This document shows positions 18,445-28,767 of a DNA stretch of 64,000 nt, piece by piece. How positions within the stretch are numbered: position 1 is the first letter of the stretch; each line of letters opens with the position of its first letter. The translations under genes and the position numbers were made by a program. Source of the stretch: an uncultured Actinomycetes bacterium (GTDB lineage: Bacteria > Actinomycetota > Acidimicrobiia > Spongiisociales > DATADW01). The notes under the pieces were generated by a model that had not been told where the DNA came from, made no database searches, and saw only the letters and a list, made by a program, of their open reading frames with translations. The stretch lies in contig CAWACT010000003.1 in the NCBI GenBank assembly GCA_963780745.1, positions 528,326 through 592,325 on the forward strand, in the 5' to 3' direction.

Positions 18445-20507
18445 ATGACTCGACGGTCCTGGTCGATAGCTCTCGGTTCGGCCGCCGTCGTGCTTGCCGT
18501 CGCCGGCGCCATCCTCATCGCCGGCTCGTCAGACGGACCGGCGGACGACAACGGCCGCTGGCGCCGGCCCCACGGCTACACCATCCACGCCTCCTACGAC
18601 GGCCGAGCGCACCGCCACAGACCGCCCAACGGACATCGGAGACCGACTCGACCAGCCAGGTTCGAGGAGGCCGACTGCCGGTTCGCGGTCACGCTGGAGC
18701 GTGAAGTTCGATGCGGTTACCTGGTCGTGCCCTCGCGACCGCACCGATCCCACAGGCCCCGAGGTCCGGCTCCACGTCGCTGTCTTCGCTTCCGACGACC
18801 CGAGCCCCGAGCCCGATCCAGTCATCTACCTCGAAGGTGGCCCCGGTGGTGACGCCCTGGAGACGGTCCCCTACTCATTCGAGGATCGCTTTGGGCCCTA
18901 TCTGGCCGACCGCGATCTTGTGATGTTCGACCAGCGCGGGACCGGGTACTCCGAGCCATCGCTCGCCTGCCCCGAATCGAGACAGCTCGACTTCGAGCTG
19001 CTCGACGACGTGCTCGCCCCCGAGGAGTACGTGGCCCGCCAAATCGAGGCGATCGAAGGCATGCCGCGACCGACTCCAGGGCGAGGGCGTGGACCTGAGC
19101 CTGTTCGACTCAGCGGCGTCGGCGGCCGATGTCGCCGACCTGGGACGAGTCCTCGGCTTCGAGGAGTGGAACCTGTACGGCATCTCCTACGGCACCAGGC
19201 TGGCGCTCACCGTGCTGCGCGACCACCCAGAGAACGTCCGCAGCGTCATCCTCGACTCGACCTACCCACCTTCGGTCGATGCCCTCACCGAGTTCCCCGA
19301 CGAACGCCGAGCGCTCCTTTGATGAGCTGTTCGCCTCATGTGCGGCCGATAACCGCCTGCTATGCAACGTATCCCGACCTGGCCGGTCGATTTCGACGCC
19401 CTGGTGACGGCGCTCGACGCCGAGCCTCTGATGGTCCCGGTGAGCGATGTGTTCATCGGGTGACCCCTACGAGGCGGCTCTCGACGGGGCCGGGCTGATC
19501 GGCCTCACCTTCCAGGCGCTCTACTCGGCGGAGCTGATACCGCTGCTCCCCGGGCTGATCGCCGAGCTCGAGGCGAGAGAGACCCCAACGGCAGCCAGCC
19601 TCTTGACCAACTTCCTCGCCCAAGGCGAGTTCCTCTCGCTGGGCGCCCTCGCCTCGGTTCAATGCCGCGAGGAGATTGCCTTCGCCAACCCGGACGAGGT
19701 GGAGGCGGCGGCAAGGACGCGCTCCCGATCGGAGGGCGGCTGGCTCCACCTCGCTCAACACCGGCCCCCGGCCTTCGATATGTGCCGGGTATGGGGAGTG
19801 GGCGAGGCTGCACCGTTGGAGACGCGCTGCTGTCCGCAGCCGGGTCCCGACACTGGTCCTGGCGGGTGGCTTCGACCCGATAACCCCACCAAGCTGGGCG
19901 GCCGAGGCGGCGAGCACGCTGCGCAACGCCACCACCGTCGAGTTCGATCCGCTCAGCCACGGCGTGCAGTTCCGGGCACGGTTGCCCGGCGCAGATCGCA
20001 ACAGCCTTCCTCGACGACCCGGCGGCGCCGCCCGACGTCTCCTGCGCCGCCCCTGATCGGACCGCCCCAGTTCGTCGCCGAGGAGAGCGGCGAGGTCGTG
20101 ATGGAGCCATTCGACACGGTGCTTCTGGGCGTCCCGTTCTCCGGGCTTGCACCCAGGGGATGGGACGAGGTGGCGCCGGGGAGCTTCGCCCGGTTGGAGA
20201 CCCCGGTCGACCCAACCGCCCTCGTGCTCCAGGCTGGGCGAGGGCCTCAGCCCCGACCAGCTCCTCGGTCTGGTCGCCGGTCAGCTCGGTTTCGCCCTCC
20301 CCGACCAGCCCGACGACACCCACCAGGGGGGGGCCGCTCATGGCCCCTCTATGAGGTGTCGATCCAGGGAAGCCCGGCTTTGGTCACCGCCACCGAGCTG
20401 GGCGAGCTATGCCGCGGTCGGGATCATCATCGCCAGCGCCGACGAGTTGGACGACCCTCCGCGGTGACGTCTTCCTCCCTGCTCTCGACGCCTTCGAGGT
20501 CGGTTAA
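18445..20507 (+). pseudogene. secreted alpha/beta hydrolase of the tripeptidyl-aminopeptidase (TAP) type, broken by many frame changes
   Basis: Pieces in at least five ORF-track entries: signal MTRRSWSIALGSAAVVLAVAG; CGYLVVPS; VIYLEGGPGGDALE; MFDQRGTGYSEP; nucleophile WNLYGISYGTRLAL; TAP C-terminal VPTLVLAGGFDPITPPSWA; tail LRGDVFLPALDAFEVG. Confidence 0.7.
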
Positions 20508-20598
20508 CCGCATCAGGTCGAACCCCAACCGACGGCGAAGATTGATCCGAATGCTCGGTACCGTGCGTACACTTCACATCAACACCACCGGGAGAGCG

Positions 20599-21241
20599 AT
20601 GAGGATGCGGTCATACGACCCGGGCTCTGGCCGTCGGGGCTTTGCTCGCCATCTCACTCACCGCGTGCAGCCAGCCCGAGGCCGGGATCACCACCCACAC
20701 CGACCCCGACCGGCTGTCGTTGATCGAGGTGCCGTCCGAGTGGCACCTCTACGAGTCTGACGAGATGGCCGAGCTGGAGAGCCAGGTGTTCACCGCCGAC
20801 ATCGACGGACTCCCCATCGAGTACAGCATCGCCTTCGACGGGGCGCCGAGCCGGGACCCCGAGAACGTCAACACTCCGTTTCTCACCGCCGACTTCCCTG
20901 TGGGGGCTTCGATCATCCGCCGCGTCGATGAAGGGGTGCGGGACGCCATCTCACGCCGGCTGCTCAGCCAGGTCGCCGTCCCATACGAGGGTCTGGAGAT
21001 CACCCCCGAGCTTCAGGAGCCTTTCGAGTTCGCCGAGGGTTTCGACGGCGTGCGCCAGCTCGCCGTCTACACCGATCCGGCGAGCGGGGACGAGGCTGCG
21101 GTGTACCTGATCTCGGTGACCGACGATGAAGATGCCCGCATCTACTCGGTGGCTGTGGGCTGTTCGGTCGAGTGCTTCATGGAACACCAGGAGATGATCT
21201 CAGAGGTGGTGGATTCATGGCTAGTCAACGTGAGGGCATGA
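20599..21241 (+). CDS. putative lipoprotein; frameshift within the signal peptide (about 20612-20625)
   Basis: ATG at 20599 (MRMRS..) joins RALAVGALLAISLTACSQPE (lipobox LTAC) of ORF 20642..21241 after a 1-nt correction. The stop overlaps the next gene's ATG (ATGA). Confidence 0.6.
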
Positions 21242-23573
21242 CCACAAGACGCAAGAGCGACATGTGGGATCGGGTCAAGATCCTGCTCCTGCTCGTCCTC
21301 GTGGCGGTGGTCCTCGTCGGGAGCCGGGTCCAACCGCCGTTCATCCCGCTCGACGTCGCCCTACGCGAGTTCTTCTCCGAGCCCATCGGGTTGATCATCG
21401 GCGGTCTCTTTGTCCTGGAGATCATCCGTCAGATCCACTACCTGTTCAGCGAGCGGAGCGCCCGTTACAACACGTTCTGGGAGACCAGGGTTCTTGGCGG
21501 CTGGGAGAAGCTCGCTGGCCGGCTCAAGCCGTGGACCCGCTACCGGTTGCGGCGCTATTTCCGCTGGGCCATCATACCTCGCCATCTACGCCTACGCGGT
21601 GATGTGGTTGGTACCCGGCATCGAGACACCGGTCCAGGCGATAGGCGAGCTGCCCCGGCTGATCATCGGGGTCTTTACGAACCCGATGTTCTGGCAAATC
21701 ATCATGAGCTTCACCATCATCGTCGGCCAGTTCGTCTTCCTGTTCTGGTTCCTCTCCCGGGGCGGGACCGACGTCCTCTCCCCCGAAGAGGTCAAGACCC
21801 GGTTCAAGGACATCTGGGGTCAGGACCACGTCCTCAGTTCGATCAAGGAGAACATCGCCTTCCTGGAGCGCCCGGACGAGATCGAGGCCAAGGGCGGGTA
21901 CATCCCCGGTGGGATCCTGCTCTGGGGGCCTCCTGGCACCGGTAAAACGCTCATTGCCGAGGGGATCGCCGGCGAAACGGGTCGTCCATATGTGTTCGTG
22001 GACCCGGGCGCATTCATCCAGATGTTCATGGGTGTCGGGATCCTCAAGGTGAAGTCGCTCTATCGCAAGCTGCGCAAACTCTCGCTGAAGCACGGTGGGG
22101 TGATCGTGTTCTTCGACGAGGCCGACAGCCTCGGGTCGCGCGGTGCGATGGGGACTCCTGGAGGCGCCTTCGGGGCGTCGACCCTGGAGCGGTTCACCGC
22201 CGCCCAGGGGTGCAATGGGGTCCACTACCTGTCCAGCCCGGCGCAACGCACGCTGATCGGTGAGTTCCAGCTCGAGGAACCGGCCGCCGATCCGGAAGGG
22301 GCGCCACGGCGGTGGCGTGATCGGATCATTATGGGTGGGATGGGCGGCGGCGGCATGGGGACGCTCCAGGCCCTGCTCACCGAGATGAATGGGCTGACCA
22401 AGCCCCGCGGCATCTCCAACCGGATTCGCAAGATGCTGGGGATGCGACCGAAGCCACCACCCAAATACCGCATCCTCCACATCATGGCCACCAACATGCC
22501 AAATGCCCTCGACCAGGCGATGCTCCGCCCGGGCCGGATCGACCGCATCTACAAGGTGGGTTACCCCTCCAAGGAAGGGCCGCAAGGAGACGCTGGTGGG
22601 CTATCTCAATAAGGTGTCGCACACCTTGACCGACGAGGAGATCGAGAAGTTCGCCGTCCGCAGCCCCTACGCAACCGGCGCCACCATCAAGGACATGGTC
22701 AACGAGGCGCTGATCATCGCGATCCGCGACGGGCGCACCACCATCACTTGGGATGACCTGTGGCGGGCGAAGGCGCTCAAGGAGGTGGGCCCACCCGACG
22801 ACGCCGAGTACGTCGAGCGTGAGCGCCACGCTGTGGCCATCCACGAAGCCTCGCACGCCGTCGCCGCACATCTCCTCCGTGCACACGCTGCCATCGACAT
22901 CGCCACCATCGAGCGGCGCGGCGACGTTGGCGGTTTCGTTTCCAGCATCCCCGAGGAAGACCGCATGTTCGAGTGGCGGTCGGAGTACGAGGTCGACCTC
23001 ATGGTCTCGCTCGCCTCGCTGGCCGGGGAGCGGATGTTCTTCGAGGGCGACAACTCGGCCGGGGTGGGTGGCGACATGCGCTCGGCTACATCGCTGGCAG
23101 CCGCCATGGAGGGGACGATGGCGATGGGCGACACCATCACCTCGTTCGCCGGAACCACAGTCGGTCCGACCGGGATGCCGATGTCACCGGTTTCCGCCAT
23201 CCTCGGCAAGAAGGGCGAGGAAGTCGAGACCCGGCTGCAACGGCTGTACCAGGAGGTCTGGGAGCTGCTCGACAACCATCGGCCCCAGGTCCTGGCGGTC
23301 GCCGCCGCTCTCGAGGAGAAGCGACTGATCTCCGGTGACGACGTAGCCGAGATTGTCGGCATTCCGCACGGTTCGCTGGTCACCCGCCGCCCGGCGGGGT
23401 GGTCCAGTGTCGACCCTGAGGGCCGGAAGGCGCTCACCCTCCCCTTTGGAGACGAATCGCCCAACGGCGGCCCAAACCCAAACGGCAAGCCAGAAGATGA
23501 TGGAGAGCCCTCGAGCGAGACGCCAGGCGACGAAACGCCTGCAGACGACACCGAGCTAGACCCCGTCGACTGA
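21238..23573 (+). CDS. FtsH-like membrane AAA+ zinc metalloprotease paralog; frameshifts near 21572 and 22580
   Basis: Four N-terminal hydrophobic segments. Walker A GPPGTGKT, Walker B VIVFFDEADS, sensor IMATNMPNALDQAMLRPGRIDR, zinc motif HEASHA. The three pieces lie in ORFs 21172.., 21410.. and 22503... Confidence 0.8.
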
Positions 23574-23582
23574 GGGTTTTCA

Positions 23583-23610
23583 TTCCGCCTTCCGTCTTCC
23601 GTCTTCCGTC
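23583..23610. repeat. heptanucleotide tandem repeat TTCCGCC TTCCGTC TTCCGTC TTCCGTC
   Basis: Read directly. It fills the 37-nt gap between the convergent stops at 23573 and 23611. Confidence 0.9.
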
Positions 23611-24852
23611 TTAGGGAGCTGCCCACCCGGGATCGGCCACCTGGAGCTGGCACCCCTGGGTGAGCGGCTGTGCCTCCGACGTGCTATTCAGGTCGGCCAC
23701 CACGAGTTGCTCGGGGATCAGCATGAGGGCGTGCTGTCCATCTCCGACCGCCCAGGTCCGTAGGCTGCTGGCTGGATCGACCGAGGCGGCCTCGAGCGGA
23801 GTCAATTGCCCACCGACGGCATCGACGGTGATGATGTCGCCGGTCGGGACCCCTTCCGGTGACAAGGGCAAGGCGAGCACCGCTCTTTGATCCCACCAGC
23901 CGGCGATGAAGGCGCCCACCAGGTCTTCGCTGGGGATGGCGACGGCCCTCCCCTCGGTGTCGATGACCATCACCGCCGCGGTCACCGGCTCGTCGGCCGA
24001 CGGAGTAAGCACTACGAGCGCCGACGAGCCGTCGGGGTGGCGCAACGCGGTCAGCGGGGTCAGCCCGGCGAGGTCGCCTTCGGGAGACCAACGCCACGCG
24101 ACATCACCTCTCTCCGGTTCGATAGCGACAACCTCGGATTGCTCGCCCTCGTTGACCGCGGCCAGCGCCAAGTCACCAACACCACCGAGCAGGACAGGAT
24201 CGGTAAGACCATCGTCGGTAACCGGGACCGGGTCGCCGCCGTCGACCATCAATGCGACGTCCGCTCCCTCGACGAGCGAGACGACACGGCCGCCCAGCGA
24301 GATCCACTGGTCTTCCGGCTCCTCCATACCGAGCCTTTGCCAGCGGCGCTCGACCGGGTCGAGAGCGGCGATGCCTCCCTCGATCCCGACAACCCGCACC
24401 AGCGGGGAGTCCGCCAGCTCGGCGGAGTCGACCTCGACAAATGGCCTGGTGGCGTAGTCGGTCCTTGCGTTGACGCCGAGGATCGGGCTTCCCGGCTGAT
24501 CGGGGTTCTCGGCCAGCGACGTGGTGACCGAGACCTCCTCGTCCGCCCTGGTGAGACGGATGTCGACCTCGTCACCTGGCGCCCCCTCCTGGACTGCAGC
24601 GATCAGTTCCCCCACGTTCACCACCGGGCGGCCGGCCAGCTCGACGATTACGTCCCCTGCTTGCAGCACTTCGGCTGCCGCCACATCGGTGAGCACGCTC
24701 ACCAGAAAGGCTCCGCGGCCCTGCCCCACCGGGATCGAGCACTCCGAGGCGCCGATGGTGAGGTCGGGGAGAGTCCCACGCTGCGGCGAGGCTTGACCAC
24801 CGCAGGAAGCGACGGCGATGGCTAAAGCGAGGAGTGCAGCCGATCGCCGCAT
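23611..24852 (-). CDS. lipoprotein with an N-terminal PDZ domain and a large C-terminal domain of unknown function
   Basis: Signal/lipobox MRRSAALLALAIAVASCGG at the internal ATG at 24852. PDZ-like GAFLVSVLTDVAAAEVLQAGDVIVELAGRPVVNVGELIAAV. Confidence 0.7.
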   Translation of the reverse strand: MRRSAALLALAIAVASCGGQASPQRGTLPDLTIGASECSIPVGQGRGAFLVSVLTDVAAAEVLQAGDVIVELAGRPVVNVGELIAAVQEGAPGDEVDIRLTRADEEVSVTTSLAENPDQPGSPILGVNARTDYATRPFVEVDSAELADSPLVRVVGIEGGIAALDPVERRWQRLGMEEPEDQWISLGGRVVSLVEGADVALMVDGGDPVPVTDDGLTDPVLLGGVGDLALAAVNEGEQSEVVAIEPERGDVAWRWSPEGDLAGLTPLTALRHPDGSSALVVLTPSADEPVTAAVMVIDTEGRAVAIPSEDLVGAFIAGWWDQRAVLALPLSPEGVPTGDIITVDAVGGQLTPLEAASVDPASSLRTWAVGDGQHALMLIPEQLVVADLNSTSEAQPLTQGCQLQVADPGWAAP

Positions 24853-24963
24853 CGGAGCCAGGATAGGTCGTTCCTTCTCTCCCCTCGGCAGGGGTTGGTT
24901 TACTCCCAAAGGTGCCATAGATCCGGGTACGGCGAGCACCATTGGAGGTTCGGCAGCCCCCCT

Positions 24964-25094
24964 ACCCGCTGCTCCGCAGCGGGTCCCTTCCCCCCTGCGG
25001 GGGACGGAAAGAAGGGACAGAGAAGCCCTTCCCCCCTGCGGGGGACGGAAATGGAAGGGCGCAGCGGGTCACTACCGCTTGGGGTGGGACGGAA
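24964..25094 (-). other. structured intergenic element: hairpin ACCCGCTGC-TCC-GCAGCGGGT plus two copies, 41 bp apart, of a 26-nt unit CCCTTCCCCCCTGCGGGGGACGGAAA, each able to form nested stems
   Basis: Read directly: copies at 24985-25010 and 25026-25051. GACGGAA occurs three times (25003, 25044, 25088). The element lies between the lipase stop (25105) and the PDZ lipoprotein start (24852). Confidence 0.7.
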
Positions 25095-25104
25095 TCGGAC
25101 GCCG

Positions 25105-25968
25105 TCACCCGGTCGCGGTGCTCCCCTGCCTCTCGGTGAAGGTCCGTCGCAGCCAATCGACGACATCGGACAACACCGAGGCGCCTTCAGGCTCGTGAAA
25201 GGTCTCGTGACGAAGTGACGGGTAGAGCCGGCGCTCCACCGTCGGGATCCTGGCGAGCGCCAGGCTGTGCTGTGGCGGAACCACGGTGTCGGCGCCTCCA
25301 TGGAACACGAGCGTCGGGATGCGGAGCCGATCGAGCGAAGCGGCGTTGGCCCGCACCGCGCCGAACCCCGCCCGGCCCAGCCCCACGGTGCTCTTGGTGA
25401 GCACCATCGGATCGGCGTCGTACGCCGCGGCGATGTCCTTGTCGTGGGTGAGCTGCTCGCCTTCGATCTCATTCGGTATGGCCAGCTTGGGTGTCAGCCT
25501 CCCCAGCACCTTGGCCGCCCACTCCTTCCAAGGGGCCAGCCCGTGCCCGGTCACCGGCGGTGCACTGAGGATCAGGGCGTCGGGCTGCCGGCGGTCGGAG
25601 AGCGCGTAGCTGAGGGCGATGGCGCTCCCCATCGAGTGACCGTAGAGCGCAACCGGTGCCGTCTCGGCCTGAAGCCGCGCCAGCTCCTCGCCGACCGCGT
25701 CGACGAAGACCTCCCACGTCACGGCATGACCGCGCTTGCCCCCGGACCCGCCATGACCCTCGAGGTCAAAGGAGCGAACGTTGAGGCCGGCACTGGCGAA
25801 GGCGCTGGCAGTGCGGTCATGGCGGCCACAGTGCTCCCCGAGCCCGTGCACGATAAGAACCGCTCCCCATGGCTCGCCCGACGCCCTCCACACCCGGACC
25901 AGACGCGACGAGTCAGCCACCGGCACAACCTCTACAACGGACTCGACTCCGGGACCGGGTGCGGTCAC
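25105..25968 (-). CDS. alpha/beta hydrolase (lysophospholipase / monoacylglycerol lipase-like)
   Basis: HGLGEH, nucleophile elbow GHSMGS, late His in LRHETFHE. GTG at 25968 overlaps the gcvPB stop (GTGA); TTG at 25980 is an alternative. Confidence 0.75.
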   Translation of the reverse strand: MTAPGPGVESVVEVVPVADSSRLVRVWRASGEPWGAVLIVHGLGEHCGRHDRTASAFASAGLNVRSFDLEGHGGSGGKRGHAVTWEVFVDAVGEELARLQAETAPVALYGHSMGSAIALSYALSDRRQPDALILSAPPVTGHGLAPWKEWAAKVLGRLTPKLAIPNEIEGEQLTHDKDIAAAYDADPMVLTKSTVGLGRAGFGAVRANAASLDRLRIPTLVFHGGADTVVPPQHSLALARIPTVERRLYPSLRHETFHEPEGASVLSDVVDWLRRTFTERQGSTATG

Positions 25969-27446
25969 GCCGGATCCCAATTGATGTCCAGCGTCCGCGC
26001 CGCCCGACCCTCGTCCAGCCGACCCACCGGGGTTCGCACCGGGGATGCCCGGACCGCGTCGGGATCGTCGCCGGCGATGTCGAGCAACGCCGCCGCCAGC
26101 GCCTCGACCGTCTCCCGCGACTGGGTCTCGGTGGGTTCGACCATCAGAGCCTCATCGACGATGAGCGGGAAGTAGACGGTCGGGGAATGGAATCCCCGGT
26201 CGAGCAGAGCCTTGGCGACGTCCATGGCTCGAACCCCATTTCGCTGCTTGAGTCGACGCGCCGAAGCGACGAACTCGTGCATGCAGGGCCGGTCGTATGG
26301 GATGTCGAACTCGGGTCTCACCAATTCGGCCAGATAGCGCGCATTGAGAACGGCACGCTCCGCCACGCGGCGCATCCCGTCCCCGCCGAGTGCCCGCATG
26401 TAGGTGAGCGCCCTCAGCACCACCAGGAAGTTCCCGTGGTTGCCGTGGACCCGGCCGATGCTGTGCTCGGGCATCTCCCACTTCAGCTCGCCATCGTCGC
26501 CACGAGCCGGCAGTGGTCCGGGGAGGAAAGATGCGAGCGACTCCCTCACCGCCACCGGCCCGGCGCCGGGCCCTCCCCCACCGTGCGGTGTGGCGAAGGT
26601 CTTGTGGAGGTTCGAGTGGACGATGTCAAAGCCCATATCACCGGGTCGGGCGATACCGAGGATGGCGTTGAGATTGGCCCCGTCGTAGTACACCAGTCCC
26701 CCGACCGAGTGGACCGCCTCGGTGATCTCGTCGATATCTTCCTCGAACAATCCGAGCGTGTTCGGGTTGGTCAGCATGAGTCCGGCGACCTGATCGTCGA
26801 GGGCCGTGCGAAGCGCCGCCACGTCGACCATCCCCCGCTCGTCCGAGGGCACCTCGACCGTCTCGTAACCGGCCAGCGTCACCGAAGCGGGGTTGGTCCC
26901 GTGCGCCGAGTCCGGAATGAGGACCACCCGGCGTGGGTCGCCTTGGGACGAGTGCCACCCTCGCATGATGAGCAGCCCGGTTACCTCGCCCGCCGCTCCC
27001 GCCGGTGGCTGGAAGGTGGCGCGCTCCATCCCGGTCACCTCGCAGAGCACCGCCTCGGCCGCCAACAGCACCTCGAGCGCCCCTTGAGCCATTGCTGCCG
27101 GCGTCTCGGGGTGAAGGTCGCGGAACCCGGGGTGCTCCGCTGCCCAGTCGCACACCTTCGGGTTGTACTTCATGGTGCATGACCCGAGCGGGTACGCCCC
27201 GAGATCCACGGCGAAGTTGCGCTGCGCCAGCCGGGTGACGTGCATCACCAGGTCGTGCTCCGACACCTCGGGCAAATCGGGTGGCGCCTCAGCAAGCTCG
27301 GGGAGCCCGAGATCGGAGGAGGGGACATCCAACTCGGGGAGCGACCAGACCCGGCGTCCCTGCGACGAGAAGTCGCGCAGCGTCGGCTCGGCGTCCCCAC
27401 CGCTGAGTGGGGCCGACGATGCCCGCCCTGCTCCCACGTCACCCAC
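25965..27446 (-). CDS. gcvPB: glycine dehydrogenase (decarboxylating) subunit 2
   Basis: Intact 493-aa ORF with a PLP-enzyme pattern (..HSNLHKTFATPHGGGGPG..), directly downstream of and overlapping gcvPA. Confidence 0.9.
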   Translation of the reverse strand: MGDVGAGRASSAPLSGGDAEPTLRDFSSQGRRVWSLPELDVPSSDLGLPELAEAPPDLPEVSEHDLVMHVTRLAQRNFAVDLGAYPLGSCTMKYNPKVCDWAAEHPGFRDLHPETPAAMAQGALEVLLAAEAVLCEVTGMERATFQPPAGAAGEVTGLLIMRGWHSSQGDPRRVVLIPDSAHGTNPASVTLAGYETVEVPSDERGMVDVAALRTALDDQVAGLMLTNPNTLGLFEEDIDEITEAVHSVGGLVYYDGANLNAILGIARPGDMGFDIVHSNLHKTFATPHGGGGPGAGPVAVRESLASFLPGPLPARGDDGELKWEMPEHSIGRVHGNHGNFLVVLRALTYMRALGGDGMRRVAERAVLNARYLAELVRPEFDIPYDRPCMHEFVASARRLKQRNGVRAMDVAKALLDRGFHSPTVYFPLIVDEALMVEPTETQSRETVEALAAALLDIAGDDPDAVRASPVRTPVGRLDEGRAARTLDINWDPA

Positions 27447-28767
27447 CGGCGATCACGTCCTTCAGGGCATCAACATACGAGTCGAGTTGGTGCCGGGTGC
27501 GTCGCTCGGTGACGGCCACGAGGAGACCCCCGGACAACTCCGGATATTCGACGCCGAGCGGGATCCCGGCCAGGAAGCCGCGCTCCGCCATTGCGGCCAC
27601 TACCCCGTCGGGGTCGAGCGGAAGAAACACTGCGAACTCGCGTAGGAAGCCGCTCTTGTTGGCAAGACTCACCCCGGGGAGCTCCTCGAGGCGCCCGGCG
27701 AGGTAGCGGGCCTTGTGGGCTGAGAACTCGCCAACTCGCCGCAGACCGTGGGGGCCGAGCCAGGCGAGATGGATGGCGCTCCCGATGGCGTTGAGCGTCT
27801 GGTTGGTGCAGATATTCGAAGTGGCACGCTGGCGGCGGATGTCCTGCTCGCGTGCCCGCAGGGTGAGGACGAACCCGGGCCGCCCCTCACCATCGACGGT
27901 TCTCCCCACCAGACGACCTGGCAGTCGGCGCACATGGTCTCGGGTGGTGGCGAACAACCCCACCACGGGCCCTCCAAAAGACATCGGGTTGCCCAACGGC
28001 TGACCCTCGGCCACGGCAACGTCGCAGCCGGCGCTGCCTGGAGTGCGAAGCAGCCCGAGGGTCATCGGGTCGACCGAGGCAATTGCCAGGGCGCCCATCG
28101 GCTTGGCCAGGCTCACCATGTCGTCGTAGCTCTCCACCATCCCCAGATAATTGGGCTGGGCAAGCACGAGGGCTGCCGGGTCGGGGGTCTGCTCGCTCCA
28201 TCGTGTGCGCCCATCGACCAGCGGATGCTCGACTACTTCGATCGACTGGGCTGCGGCCATGGTCACCACGGCCTGGCGAATAGCGGGTGATAGCCCGCGC
28301 GACAACCAGACAGCTTGTCGGCCGGTGGCCGCCACCGCCATGTGAACCGCCTCCACCACGGCGGTGGCCCCGTCGTACAACGAGGCATTGGCCACGGGGA
28401 GCCCGGTGATCGAAGCCACCATCGACTGGAACTCGAAGAGCAGTTGCAGCACTCCCTGACTCACCTCGGGCTGATACGGGGTGTACGAGGTGACGAATTC
28501 GGGACGCATGGTCAGCGACCGCACCACCGGAGGTAAGAAGTGGTCGTAGATCCCACCCCCGGCGAAGCACACCAGCGGGGTGTTGTGCGAGGCGAACTGG
28601 TCGACCATCGCCATCACGTCGGGCTCCGCCAGCCCAGGATCGAGGTCGAGAGGGCGGTCGAGGACTACTTGTCCGGGGAGGTGTCGGTAGAGATCGGCGG
28701 TTGACCCCAAACCGAGCCTGCCCAACATCGTGGCGATGTCGTGTTCGGTGTGCGGGGTGAAGTCCAC
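27439..28767 (-). CDS. gcvPA: glycine dehydrogenase (decarboxylating) subunit 1
   Basis: Intact 442-aa ORF. N-terminus MDFTPHTEHDIATMLGRLG; AAAGGAGG lies upstream of the GTG at 28767. Confidence 0.9.
   Translation of the reverse strand: MDFTPHTEHDIATMLGRLGLGSTADLYRHLPGQVVLDRPLDLDPGLAEPDVMAMVDQFASHNTPLVCFAGGGIYDHFLPPVVRSLTMRPEFVTSYTPYQPEVSQGVLQLLFEFQSMVASITGLPVANASLYDGATAVVEAVHMAVAATGRQAVWLSRGLSPAIRQAVVTMAAAQSIEVVEHPLVDGRTRWSEQTPDPAALVLAQPNYLGMVESYDDMVSLAKPMGALAIASVDPMTLGLLRTPGSAGCDVAVAEGQPLGNPMSFGGPVVGLFATTRDHVRRLPGRLVGRTVDGEGRPGFVLTLRAREQDIRRQRATSNICTNQTLNAIGSAIHLAWLGPHGLRRVGEFSAHKARYLAGRLEELPGVSLANKSGFLREFAVFLPLDPDGVVAAMAERGFLAGIPLGVEYPELSGGLLVAVTERRTRHQLDSYVDALKDVIAGG

Noticed and set aside
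24985-25051. Possible mini-CRISPR (26-nt repeat seen twice)
   Set aside because: There are only two copies, the spacer is 15 nt, the repeats are part of larger nested hairpins, and there are no cas genes in the window.
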